Below are positions 38,228-47,498 of a stretch of DNA of 64,000 bases, piece by piece. The stretch's first letter is position 1. Every line of letters starts with the position of its first letter. The stretch comes from an uncultured SAR86 cluster bacterium (GTDB taxonomy: Bacteria; Pseudomonadota; Gammaproteobacteria; Magnimaribacterales; D2472), in contig CAXYEK010000001.1 of the NCBI GenBank assembly GCA_964276235.1, positions 278,061 through 342,060 of the forward strand, given 5' to 3'. The notes beneath the pieces were generated by a model, which was given only the letters and a program-made list of their open reading frames with translations, had not been told where the DNA came from and did not search any database. The translations under genes were made by a program, and so were the position numbers.

Positions 38228-38929
38228 TTATTTATCTTTTGAAACTAATAAACCAATTTCAAAGAGCATCCACATAGGTATTGCTAGAAAAAGTTGAGAG
38301 AAGATATCTGGAGGAGTTATCAACATACCAACAACAAAGAAAAGAATAATTAGATAAGGCCTAGCTTTAACCAAAGTTTCTTTTTGTACTATGCCAGCCC
38401 TAATTAGTAAAAATGTTGCGACTGGAATTTCAAAAGCTATACCGAAAGCAAAGATAAGTTTTATAACAAAATTCAAATACTCACTAATATCAGTCATTAC
38501 CACTATAGATTCTGGAGCTACACCAATAAAGAATTTGAAGATTATTGGACACACAACAAAGTATGCAAAAGCCACACCAGAAGAAAATAAGAATATTGTA
38601 GAAATCATTAGTGGAGCAACAAATGATTTTTCATTCTTGTAGAGTCCAGGTGACATAAACATCCATATTTCATAAAAGAGATAAGGCATTGTTATTAATA
38701 ATGCAGAGAATAAAACTAATTTAAGGGGAGCCATGAACGGCGAAGTTACCTGAGTAGCAATCATCATACTTCCTGTTGGCAAAATATCTAGAAGCGGAGA
38801 GGCAACATAAGCATATATCTCAGATGCGAAAGGAATTGTGGCCAAAGAAAGGATGCCCATAAAAAACAATACTCTTATAAGTCTTGTCCTGAGCTCTAGT
38901 AAATGACTTGATACAGATTCTTTATCCAT
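38228..38929 (-). CDS. tatC: Twin-arginine translocase subunit TatC
   Basis: HLLELRTRL N-terminus, six TM helices, LITPPD motif. Confidence 0.9.
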   Translation of the reverse strand: MDKESVSSHLLELRTRLIRVLFFMGILSLATIPFASEIYAYVASPLLDILPTGSMMIATQVTSPFMAPLKLVLFSALLITMPYLFYEIWMFMSPGLYKNEKSFVAPLMISTIFLFSSGVAFAYFVVCPIIFKFFIGVAPESIVVMTDISEYLNFVIKLIFAFGIAFEIPVATFLLIRAGIVQKETLVKARPYLIILFFVVGMLITPPDIFSQLFLAIPMWMLFEIGLLVSKDK

Positions 38930-39170
38930 CTTTGTCTTTTTTTCCAGAAAGATCTAATTCTTCCATTCTCATTTCATTAAAAACATCTTTTTTAATTTCT
39001 TCAGTACCAATTTCAGATTCAATATCGTTCTTAAAACCAGAAATTTGGTTTTGTATTTTTTTATAAAATTTTAAGCAAGTTTTAATAACTTGTGGGAGTC
39101 TTGAGGGTCCAATAATAATTAATCCTAAAATAAGGATTAGCGCAATTTCGAGAAAACCAATTTGAAACAA
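38922..39170 (-). CDS. tatB: Twin-arginine translocase subunit TatB
   Basis: MFQIGFLEIALILILGLIIIGPSRLP is a TatA/B-type N-terminus (TTG start). Located between tatA and tatC. Confidence 0.75.
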   Translation of the reverse strand: MFQIGFLEIALILILGLIIIGPSRLPQVIKTCLKFYKKIQNQISGFKNDIESEIGTEEIKKDVFNEMRMEELDLSGKKDKDG

Positions 39171-39173
39171 TTT

Positions 39174-39341
39174 TTATTCGTCTTTATTTTCTTCTTTATC
39201 TTCTTTTACAGCTTTTTTAAATCCCTTAAGACTAGCTCCAAGGTCAGAGCCCAAAGATTTTAATTTACCACTTCCAAAAATCAAAAGAATGACAGCTAAA
39301 ATTATTAGTAATTGCCAAATGCTTATTCCACCAAAGCCCAT
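39174..39341 (-). CDS. tatA: Twin-arginine translocase subunit TatA (55 aa)
   Basis: Below the ORF-track cut-off. Manual translation gives [55 protein letters not shown]. Confidence 0.85.
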   Translation of the reverse strand: MGFGGISIWQLLIILAVILLIFGSGKLKSLGSDLGASLKGFKKAVKEDKEENKDE

Positions 39342-39350
39342 ATGAATCTC

Positions 39351-40832
39351 CTATGAGAGTATTACAAAGATACCCCATACAATTATTATACCTATTCCAA
39401 TCGTTCTTATGATGTATTTTTCTTTCTGCAATTGCATTTGCATTTTATAAATCTTTTCATCATTAGATTTTCTATTTTTAGAGTAGCCCCTTAGTTCATC
39501 TAAAGCTTCATATACAAAGCCCGGCATTTCTGATGCTTTAAGTAATAGATCTTCTTTATTCTCAATAAGAAAATCTTTTAGTTTCAAGGGACTGAATTGT
39601 TCTTTAAGCCAGTTATCAAGATAAGGCTCAGCTATTCCCCAAAAATCAAGCTCAGGATATATTTGCCTTCCCATACCTTCAATATGAATCAGTGTTTTTT
39701 GTAATAGGACTAAAGATGGTTGAAGCGATAGGCCAAAAGGTCTCGTGCTCTGAAAAAGATACAAGAGTAATTTTCCAAACTCTATTTCAGATAATGGTTT
39801 TTCAAAGATAGGCTCACAGCACGCTCTTAGAGTATTTTCTAACTCAATGATATTTGTATCAGCATTAACCCATTCAGAGCTTATAAATAGTTGAGCCAAA
39901 GATTTATAGTTCTGCTTAAGAACCGCTTGAAGCATTCTTGCAAGGATATATCTTTCATCATTTGACAAAGATCCTGTAATCGCACAATCAATAGCTATGT
40001 AGCCTGGTGTATCTGGATGCTCTTTAGATACAAAGATATTGCCAGGATGCATATCAGCATGAAAAAAATTATCTCTAAATACTTGGTTAAGAAAAATCAT
40101 AACCCCATTTTCGGCAAGCCTTTTTTTATTAATTCCATATTTCTCAATTTGTTCAATATCAGTGCAAGGTATACCATCTATCTCTTCTAGAACCATGACT
40201 TTGCTTGTAGTCATTTCCCAAAAAACTTCAGGTATGTATAGCTCTTCTGAATTTGAAAAGTTTTTTCTTGTGAGGTTTGTATTGGCTGCCTCAAGTTTTA
40301 AGTCCAATTCCCTTAATATAGTACTTTCATAATCTCTGACTACCTCGAGAGGCCTCAGTCTATAACTTTCTGAATATACATAGGTGCAGAATTTTGCAGC
40401 TGCTCTAAGAAGTCTAAGGTTTTTCTTAACTTCCTTTTTAATATCTGGTCTCAGAACCTTTACTACTATCCTCGTGCCATCCTTTAATTTTGCAGAATGT
40501 ACTTGAGCAAGAGAGGCTGCAGCAAGAGGAACATCGTTGAAATCATCAAATAGATTTTCTATTGAATCTTCTAGCTCTTTTTCTACAATCTCTCTTAACT
40601 TAGAAACAGAAAATGGCTTACAGCTGTCAGTAAGACCTTGAAGATCTTTAGCTGTATCGATATCTAAAATATCAGTTCTTGTAGATAGTAGTTGACCAAA
40701 TTTTATGAAAATAGGCCCCAAAGATTCTAAGTATTTAGCAAGTTTTTTACCATCAGGCTTTGAAAACATCCCAAATCTTGCACCCAGCAAAGCCATTCTT
40801 ATACCTTCAAATAATAAAATTATGATATTCAT
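39351..40832 (-). CDS. ubiB: Ubiquinone biosynthesis atypical kinase UbiB
   Basis: ABC1/UbiB family: AAASLAQVH, FHADMHPGNIF and C-terminal TM helices. Confidence 0.9.
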   Translation of the reverse strand: MNIIILLFEGIRMALLGARFGMFSKPDGKKLAKYLESLGPIFIKFGQLLSTRTDILDIDTAKDLQGLTDSCKPFSVSKLREIVEKELEDSIENLFDDFNDVPLAAASLAQVHSAKLKDGTRIVVKVLRPDIKKEVKKNLRLLRAAAKFCTYVYSESYRLRPLEVVRDYESTILRELDLKLEAANTNLTRKNFSNSEELYIPEVFWEMTTSKVMVLEEIDGIPCTDIEQIEKYGINKKRLAENGVMIFLNQVFRDNFFHADMHPGNIFVSKEHPDTPGYIAIDCAITGSLSNDERYILARMLQAVLKQNYKSLAQLFISSEWVNADTNIIELENTLRACCEPIFEKPLSEIEFGKLLLYLFQSTRPFGLSLQPSLVLLQKTLIHIEGMGRQIYPELDFWGIAEPYLDNWLKEQFSPLKLKDFLIENKEDLLLKASEMPGFVYEALDELRGYSKNRKSNDEKIYKMQMQLQKEKYIIRTIGIGIIIVWGIFVILS

Positions 40833-41332
40833 TAGCTACTTAGAGCCTCAAGTCTATCCAGTCTAATAGAAAGTTCTCTGAGCTTAGTTTGGATTGGATT
40901 TTTCTTTTCCAAGCCACCACGTTTCATATTTGAAAGTTTTTCTTTTGCAAGATATACAATAACAGCTGGGGCATTGCCAAAATATTTTTCTATGAGATAA
41001 ACGAAATCTAAATCAGATTTTATAAGAGCATTTATCATTACAATAGCCAGCTCAACATCGCCAGTTAACATTTCTTTTTTTAATTTTTTTGTGAAAAGTA
41101 TTTCAAGAAATTCACTTATAGATCCTTCTATCTGGAAATCTACATTATCAATTTTTGAAAAAGTTATATTTTTTGTACTATCATCCAAACAAACATAAAT
41201 GTCTTTATGACCCTTTAAATCCATCTTAAAACTTATCGGATAGATTTCTTGAAGTTTACTTTTAGTATTTGGCGATGCATCCTCAATATCATTCATTAAG
41301 GTTGCAAATAGACTTGTTAATTCATTTTTCAT
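40832..41332 (-). CDS. ubiJ: Ubiquinone biosynthesis accessory protein UbiJ (SCP2 domain)
   Basis: Its position between ubiE and ubiB and its size fit an SCP2-like protein. The start is uncertain: ATG 41332 or 41341, while the ORF opens at 41359. Confidence 0.6.
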   Translation of the reverse strand: MKNELTSLFATLMNDIEDASPNTKSKLQEIYPISFKMDLKGHKDIYVCLDDSTKNITFSKIDNVDFQIEGSISEFLEILFTKKLKKEMLTGDVELAIVMINALIKSDLDFVYLIEKYFGNAPAVIVYLAKEKLSNMKRGGLEKKNPIQTKLRELSIRLDRLEALSS

Positions 41333-42074
41333 ACGCAACATGAATACAGACAATACCATTTACAAGATTATAAAACTTACATTTATCAAATCCTGCCTCC
41401 AATATCATCTCTTTAAGTGATTCCTGATCTGGATGCATACGAATAGACTCAGCAAGATATTGATAGCTATCAGAATCGTTTGCCAATAATGAACCTAGTT
41501 TTGGAAGTATATTAAAAGAGTACCAGTCATAAACTTTTGAGAAAAGAGGGTTCATAGGCTTTGAAAACTCTAAGACAAGTAAACGGCCACCTTTTTTTAA
41601 GCATCTTTTCATCTCGGTAAGGCCAATATCCTTATTAGTAAAGTTTCTAAGGCCAAATCCAATAGTAATAATATCAAAGGTATCGTCTTCAAAAGGTAGA
41701 ATTTCGCCACTCAATTGACAGAAATGACAATTAGAAGAGAAACTTTCATCTACTGCCCTATTTCTGCCTTCAACAAGCATATCCATATTTATATCTGTCA
41801 TATATATATCAGTATCTGGATAATCCTGTGAGATTAATTTAGCAATATCTCCTGTTCCACTAGCAATATCTAAAACAATATCTTTTTGAGATACACCTGC
41901 AAGTTCAACTAGAATTTTTTTCCACAGTCTGTGCATGCCCATAGACATAGCATCATTCATGATGTCATAGTTTCCAGCAACAGAAGAGAAGACGTCACCA
42001 ACATGACTACTTTTATCTTTTTCGTCAACTTCTTTAAAGCCAAAATGTGTTTTTTTATTCGTCATCTTCCCCAT
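41322..42074 (-). CDS. ubiE: Demethylmenaquinone/ubiquinone C-methyltransferase UbiE
   Basis: YDIMNDAMSMGMHRLWK and the SAM motif DIASGTGD. Confidence 0.92.
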   Translation of the reverse strand: MGKMTNKKTHFGFKEVDEKDKSSHVGDVFSSVAGNYDIMNDAMSMGMHRLWKKILVELAGVSQKDIVLDIASGTGDIAKLISQDYPDTDIYMTDINMDMLVEGRNRAVDESFSSNCHFCQLSGEILPFEDDTFDIITIGFGLRNFTNKDIGLTEMKRCLKKGGRLLVLEFSKPMNPLFSKVYDWYSFNILPKLGSLLANDSDSYQYLAESIRMHPDQESLKEMILEAGFDKCKFYNLVNGIVCIHVAYEK

Positions 42075-42924
42075 CTCTAAATTTTATGAAATTATTGTAT
42101 CTGCTTTCGTTCATTTCTCCATTCATTAGTTTAGTTATTACTGCACAACCTTCATTATTAATATGATTGCAGTCATTAAACTTACATTCTTTTGCAAAAG
42201 TGAATATCTCTGAAAAACCTCTTATGATTTCTTTTTCATCCCACCCAGTTATTGGAAGGTCTCTAACTCCAGGCGAATCAATAATTTTGGTCTTATTGGG
42301 CATTTCATAAAGTGTGGAAATCGAAGTAGTATGAACACCTTGATTATTAGACAAAACATTCGTTTTAATATCTTTTCCTGTTAAAGAAGTTGTTAGAGTG
42401 GATTTACCAGCGCCAGAATTACCAACAAAAACAACGCATTTCTCCGCCAAATAATCGATTAACTCAGTTAAGTTGTCTTTATTTTTTGCTGATATACCTA
42501 TTAAATCAATATTAAGAGCTTTATAAATATTTATTTTAGATAAGTACTTTTCGTCTTGGTCGAGATCTACCTTATTATTAATAATAAAAGGCGTTATTCC
42601 TGAAAGAATTGCGGTGAGAACCCACTTATCAATGAATTCGGTGCTTGTTTTAGGTTCAGGAGTTACAAGTATTCCAACGTGAGTTACATTTGCGGCAACA
42701 ACCTTTGATTTCAACACCTCTTTTTTTTCTAGAACGGAAGTTCTTTGTTCTCTCGAAAGAATAAGCCCTTTTTCCTGCTTGCTATCTTGAATGATTTCAA
42801 TATTTACTATATCTCCAACAACAACGTCTTTAATAGCGATACAGCTAATATCTCCTGCGTTAGTGCGGACCAAGCAGCTATTAGAGTAGAATTCTATAAC
42901 AATTCCGGATTGAACTTTTTCCAT
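42055..42924 (-). CDS. rsgA: Ribosome small-subunit-dependent GTPase RsgA
   Basis: NKVDL, GNSGAGKSTL and the zinc knuckle CKFNDCNHINNEGCAV. The ORF opens at 42942; I prefer Met7 at 42924. Confidence 0.85.
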   Translation of the reverse strand: MEKVQSGIVIEFYSNSCLVRTNAGDISCIAIKDVVVGDIVNIEIIQDSKQEKGLILSREQRTSVLEKKEVLKSKVVAANVTHVGILVTPEPKTSTEFIDKWVLTAILSGITPFIINNKVDLDQDEKYLSKINIYKALNIDLIGISAKNKDNLTELIDYLAEKCVVFVGNSGAGKSTLTTSLTGKDIKTNVLSNNQGVHTTSISTLYEMPNKTKIIDSPGVRDLPITGWDEKEIIRGFSEIFTFAKECKFNDCNHINNEGCAVITKLMNGEMNESRYNNFIKFRDGEDDE

Positions 42925-42965
42925 ATAAAGCACAAAATACACTAAAGGAAGGAATATAAAAAGTT

Positions 42966-43526
42966 ATGAAGAGCTTACAATCGCGAAATAATCTAATTTG
43001 GATAGACCTAGAAATGACTGGGCTTGATCCAGATAAAGAAAAGATTATAGAAATTGCAACATTAATTACTGATTCTCAGCTAAACATATTGGCTGAGGGC
43101 CCAAATATAATTATCAATCAACCCAAGGCTTTGCTTGATGAAATGGACGAATGGAATCAAAATCAGCATGGCTCCTCTGGTCTTATTGATGGAGTTAAAA
43201 AAAGCGCGGTTACAGATCAAATGGCTGAAATAGAGACTTTAGAATTTATATCTAAATATGTTGGGCCCAAACAATCGCCAATGTGTGGAAATACTGTTTC
43301 CCATGACAGACGCTTCCTAATCAAATATATGCCTAGGTTAGAGTCTTATTTTAATTATAGACATATCGACGTATCTTCTTTTAAAGAAGCCGCAGTCAGG
43401 TGGATGAATGAAGCCCAAGTATACGAAAAACATGGTTCGCATAGGGCAATGGGAGATATTAAAGACTCTGTTGGCGAGTTAAAGTTTTATAAAGATTTAT
43501 TTTTGCCAGACGAATATCAGTCTTGA
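42966..43526 (+). CDS. orn: Oligoribonuclease
   Basis: LIWIDLEMTGLDP DEDDh exonuclease motif and a C-terminal H..MGDI. Confidence 0.9.
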   Translation: MKSLQSRNNLIWIDLEMTGLDPDKEKIIEIATLITDSQLNILAEGPNIIINQPKALLDEMDEWNQNQHGSSGLIDGVKKSAVTDQMAEIETLEFISKYVGPKQSPMCGNTVSHDRRFLIKYMPRLESYFNYRHIDVSSFKEAAVRWMNEAQVYEKHGSHRAMGDIKDSVGELKFYKDLFLPDEYQS

Positions 43527-43843
43527 TTATTTGCTGGATGAATATTTAAAGGGAAGGGACTTACTTGGTCTTTATTTTTCTTAATCTTAGCCTCTCCGGA
43601 CTCATTAACCTCATCAATTCTTATAATCGCATTCATAGGTATATAACTTCTTTGAACATCAGAAAATTCGCTCTTAAGCTTTTCAGTAGCAGGCTCAACA
43701 ACTAGTTGTTTATCTTTATTAAATATATAATCTTCGACCTCTATGAAACCATACATGTCACTTTGATAAATTTGTTTAGCAAATACTTCGTAAATCTCTC
43801 CGAGTTGGATAAAGATTATCTTGTAAACGCTATTTTTTTTCAT
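43517..43843 (-). CDS. DUF1820 family protein
   Basis: VYKIIF..GEIYEVFAKQIYQSDMYGFIEVEDYIF...RSYIPMNAIIRIDEV pattern, recalled as DUF1820. Confidence 0.6.
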   Translation of the reverse strand: MKKNSVYKIIFIQLGEIYEVFAKQIYQSDMYGFIEVEDYIFNKDKQLVVEPATEKLKSEFSDVQRSYIPMNAIIRIDEVNESGEAKIKKNKDQVSPFPLNIHPANNQD

Positions 43844-43856
43844 AATACTTAATCAT

Positions 43857-45191
43857 ATGGGAAAGAAACTTTATATTAAAACTTATGGATGTCAAATGAA
43901 TGAATATGACTCTGATAAGACTGTTGATATCTTGAAGCAAAAGAAAGGAGTAGAGGTAACAAACGACATAAAAGAAGCAGATATTATATTATTGAATACT
44001 TGCTCTATAAGAGAGAAGGCTGAAGCTAAAGTTTATTCTGAACTTGGCAGATTAAATAAACTAAAAGAAAAAAATCCAAATTTGAAGATTGGTGTCGGTG
44101 GCTGTGTTGCTACTCAGGAAGGGGCAAATATTCAAAAAAGAGCTCCATATGTTGATCTTATATATGGACCTCAGACTCTTCATAGAGTTTCAGATTTATT
44201 AGATATTGATAAATCAAAGGGTATCAAAGCAATAGACATAACCTTCCCAATTGAAGAAAAATTTGATTCTTTGCCGGAACCTACATCAGGTGGCCCTTCT
44301 AGTTATGTTGCAATTATGGAAGGTTGTTCAAAGTATTGTTCATTTTGTGTTGTTCCATATACAAGAGGTGATGAAGTTAGCAGAAAGCCTGAACAAATAT
44401 TTGATGAAGTGGCCAGACTTGCTGAGCAAGGCGTATCTGAAATAACCTTTATAGGCCAAAACGTAAATTCTTATAAAATGCCTTTTAAAGGAAGAATACT
44501 AAGACTATCTGACTTAATCGAAATCGTTAGTCATGTTGATGGAATAGACAGAATTAGATATACGACCTCACACCCACTTGATATGACAGATGATTTAATT
44601 GATGTTTATCAGTTTGTTCCGCAGCTTGTAAGTCAGCTTCATCTGCCTGTTCAATCTGGATCAAACAAAATCCTTGAGAAAATGAAAAGAAATTATTCAG
44701 TAGATATATTTTTAGATGCTGTAGAAAGAATCAAGTCTCATAGACCTGATTTGAGAGTCTCATCTGATTTTATTGTTGGTTTTCCAGGAGAAACAGATAA
44801 AGATTTTAATGAAACGTTAGATCTTGTTAATAATATAAAGTTTGATTCCTCATTCAGTTTTATTTATTCAAAAAGGCCTGGAACGCCTGCATCTAAATTA
44901 AAAGATGATACTCCAATAGCCGAGAAGAAAGAGAGGCTTGCCGTTCTTCAGAATCAATTAGACACCCACCACAAAGAGCACAGTAATAAAATGATTGGCT
45001 CTATACAAAGATGCCTTGTAACTGGATTAGCTAAGAAAAGCCCTGATCAACTTCAAGCAAGAACCGAATGCAATAGAGTGGTCAATTTCGACTTCCAAAA
45101 TATTGGATTTATAGGTAAATTAGTAGATATTAAAATTGATGAAGCATATTCATATTCATTGTTGGGCTCATTACACAACTCCAGAGGGTAA
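43857..45191 (+). CDS. miaB: tRNA-i6A37 methylthiotransferase MiaB
   Basis: N-terminal YGCQMNEYD and the radical-SAM motif CSKYCSFCVVPYTRG. Confidence 0.92.
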   Translation: MGKKLYIKTYGCQMNEYDSDKTVDILKQKKGVEVTNDIKEADIILLNTCSIREKAEAKVYSELGRLNKLKEKNPNLKIGVGGCVATQEGANIQKRAPYVDLIYGPQTLHRVSDLLDIDKSKGIKAIDITFPIEEKFDSLPEPTSGGPSSYVAIMEGCSKYCSFCVVPYTRGDEVSRKPEQIFDEVARLAEQGVSEITFIGQNVNSYKMPFKGRILRLSDLIEIVSHVDGIDRIRYTTSHPLDMTDDLIDVYQFVPQLVSQLHLPVQSGSNKILEKMKRNYSVDIFLDAVERIKSHRPDLRVSSDFIVGFPGETDKDFNETLDLVNNIKFDSSFSFIYSKRPGTPASKLKDDTPIAEKKERLAVLQNQLDTHHKEHSNKMIGSIQRCLVTGLAKKSPDQLQARTECNRVVNFDFQNIGFIGKLVDIKIDEAYSYSLLGSLHNSRG

Positions 45192-45206
45192 AAGAAATAA
45201 TTTTCC

Positions 45207-46196
45207 ATGCAAGAAACTAAAACGTCCCTTAAAAATATATCCTTAGAACCATCAAGTGCAGATAGAATTGCATTGTTTGTAGGCGAGCTTAATGGCAACC
45301 TAAAATTAATTGAAAAAACTTTTTCAGTTAAAGTCTTTCATAAAGGCGACAAGATTAATATCACGGGGAATGAAAAAGACATTAAACATGCCTCTGATGC
45401 AATATTAGATTTATATAACTTAACAAAAAAAAATATCGAGATTAGTAAAGAATCTGTTCACTTAACAATTCAATCCCACTTAAATTTAAGTCTTGCAAAA
45501 CATCAGAAGGAACAATCCCAAATATTTGATATTCAAATTAAAACCCCAAAAAAAATAATTAGACCAAGAGGTAAGAATCAACAAAGCTATATTAAAAAAA
45601 TTAATACTTATGAGCTCAACTTCGGAGTAGGTCCAGCTGGAACTGGAAAAACTTACTTAGCAATAGCAACCGCAATAGATGCTCTTCTTAATGACAAGGT
45701 AGAAAGAATTATTCTCATAAGACCAGCTGTTGAGGCAGGTGAGAAATTAGGATTTCTTCCCGGAGACTTGTCTCAAAAAGTAGATCCTTATCTTAGACCT
45801 CTTTATGACGCTCTTTATGAGATGTTAGGCGTTGAAAAAGTTAACAAGTTGATCGAAAAAGAAGTCATTGAAGTGGCGCCACTTGCTTATCTCCGAGGCA
45901 GGACCTTAAATAATTCTTTTATAATTATGGATGAGAGTCAAAATACAACTGTTGATCAGATGAAAATGGTTTTGACAAGAATGGGTTTTGGATCTCATGC
46001 AGTTATAAATGGAGACCTTACACAAGTAGATCTTCCAAAACATATAACTTCTGGATTACAGCATGTAATTCAAGTTCTTGAAAATATGGAAGGCATAGGC
46101 ATGACTCATTTCTCATCCCAAGACGTAGTAAGGCATCCCTTAGTAAGAAAAATTATTGATGCATACAAAAGATTTGAAGAAACAATAGCTAAGTGA
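45207..46196 (+). CDS. ybeZ: PhoH-like ATPase (YbeZ)
   Basis: GPAGTGKTYLA Walker A, with miaB-ybeZ-ybeY-corC-lnt synteny. Confidence 0.9.
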   Translation: MQETKTSLKNISLEPSSADRIALFVGELNGNLKLIEKTFSVKVFHKGDKINITGNEKDIKHASDAILDLYNLTKKNIEISKESVHLTIQSHLNLSLAKHQKEQSQIFDIQIKTPKKIIRPRGKNQQSYIKKINTYELNFGVGPAGTGKTYLAIATAIDALLNDKVERIILIRPAVEAGEKLGFLPGDLSQKVDPYLRPLYDALYEMLGVEKVNKLIEKEVIEVAPLAYLRGRTLNNSFIIMDESQNTTVDQMKMVLTRMGFGSHAVINGDLTQVDLPKHITSGLQHVIQVLENMEGIGMTHFSSQDVVRHPLVRKIIDAYKRFEETIAK

Positions 46197-46642
46197 GTTT
46201 ATTAATATCATTAGATGATGGTTACTCAATAAGTAAAAGCCTAAAAAAAAGACTTGAAGAGCTTATAACTTTAATCTTCTCTGAAGAAAAAATTGATGAA
46301 GGTGTGATTAATTTGAGAATATTGGGCGATCAAGAAATGCAAAAACTTAATCTACAATTTAGAAATAAAGATAAAACTACCAATGTACTTTCCTTTACTA
46401 ACGATGATATATCACTGGCACATACCAAAAATATAGGTGATATAGCTATCAGCATGGATTATGTGATAAATGAAGCTAAGGAAGAAGGTAAGGATTTTGA
46501 TAGCCATATGATTCACATGTTGGCTCATGGCATATATCATGTACTAGGTCATGATCATGAAAATGAGTTAATGGCTGATTCTATGGAAGCAAAAGAAATA
46601 GAAATACTAAGTAAGTTAAATATAAAGAACCCATATCATTAA
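46193..46642 (+). CDS. ybeY: rRNA maturation endoribonuclease YbeY
   Basis: HGIYHVLGHDH metal-binding motif. Confidence 0.9.
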   Translation: MSLLISLDDGYSISKSLKKRLEELITLIFSEEKIDEGVINLRILGDQEMQKLNLQFRNKDKTTNVLSFTNDDISLAHTKNIGDIAISMDYVINEAKEEGKDFDSHMIHMLAHGIYHVLGHDHENELMADSMEAKEIEILSKLNIKNPYH

Positions 46643-46643
46643 T

Positions 46644-47498
46644 ATGAACCAAAAATTAGAGAACGATGCCGACCACCCTCCTTCGGGAATTTTTTCAAAA
46701 ATAAAAAAATACTTTAGAAATCCCTTTTTCATAAAGACACAATCCGTATCAGAGATAACAGATTTTTTAAAAGATGCTGTTGATCTTAATATTATTGATA
46801 AAGAGGCTGAATCAATTGCAAATAAAGCAATTAGATTAGGTAAAACAACTGTTAAAGAAATCATGGTTCCTAAAGTAGATATGGTAACCGTTAGTTTGGA
46901 CGAAGATACTAGTATCATTATTGATAGAATTATTGAATCTGGCCACTCTAGATACCCTGTTATGGGAAATGATAGAGATGAGGTTAGCGGAATACTGCTT
47001 GCAAAAGATATTTTGCCTAAGATTGTAGAAGGAGAGGCTCACTTTAACCTGCTAGAAATGCTTAGAGAACCAAATATTGTTCCTGAAACCAAGAAGGCTG
47101 ACTCATTACTAGAAGAATTTAAAAAAGATAGGTCTCATTTAGCAGTTGTAACTGATGAATATGGAGCAATATGCGGCCTTGTTACTATTGAAGATATTCT
47201 TGAAGAGCTTGTTGGAGAAATCGAAGATGAGCATGATATTGAAGAAGAAGACATAGTAGAAATTTCAAAAGGAACTTTCTCAGCTGATGCAAAAGTTGAA
47301 ATTGAGGAATTTACAGAATTTTTTAATCTCAAAGTTGATCCAATGACAATCGATGCTGAAACGCTAGGCGGATTTGTAATTAACCAACTTGGAGTATTAC
47401 CAAAAGTCGGCGACAAAATAGAAATTGATAATTTAATTATCAAAGTAACTCATGCTGACGACAGAAAAATAGATAAGGTATTAATAACTAAAAATTGA
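46644..47498 (+). CDS. corC: CBS-pair / CorC_HlyC domain Mg/Co efflux-associated protein CorC (YbeX)
   Basis: Tandem CBS region (VPKVDMVTV, SRYPV), a C-terminal transporter-associated domain, and synteny. Confidence 0.85.
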   Translation: MNQKLENDADHPPSGIFSKIKKYFRNPFFIKTQSVSEITDFLKDAVDLNIIDKEAESIANKAIRLGKTTVKEIMVPKVDMVTVSLDEDTSIIIDRIIESGHSRYPVMGNDRDEVSGILLAKDILPKIVEGEAHFNLLEMLREPNIVPETKKADSLLEEFKKDRSHLAVVTDEYGAICGLVTIEDILEELVGEIEDEHDIEEEDIVEISKGTFSADAKVEIEEFTEFFNLKVDPMTIDAETLGGFVINQLGVLPKVGDKIEIDNLIIKVTHADDRKIDKVLITKN

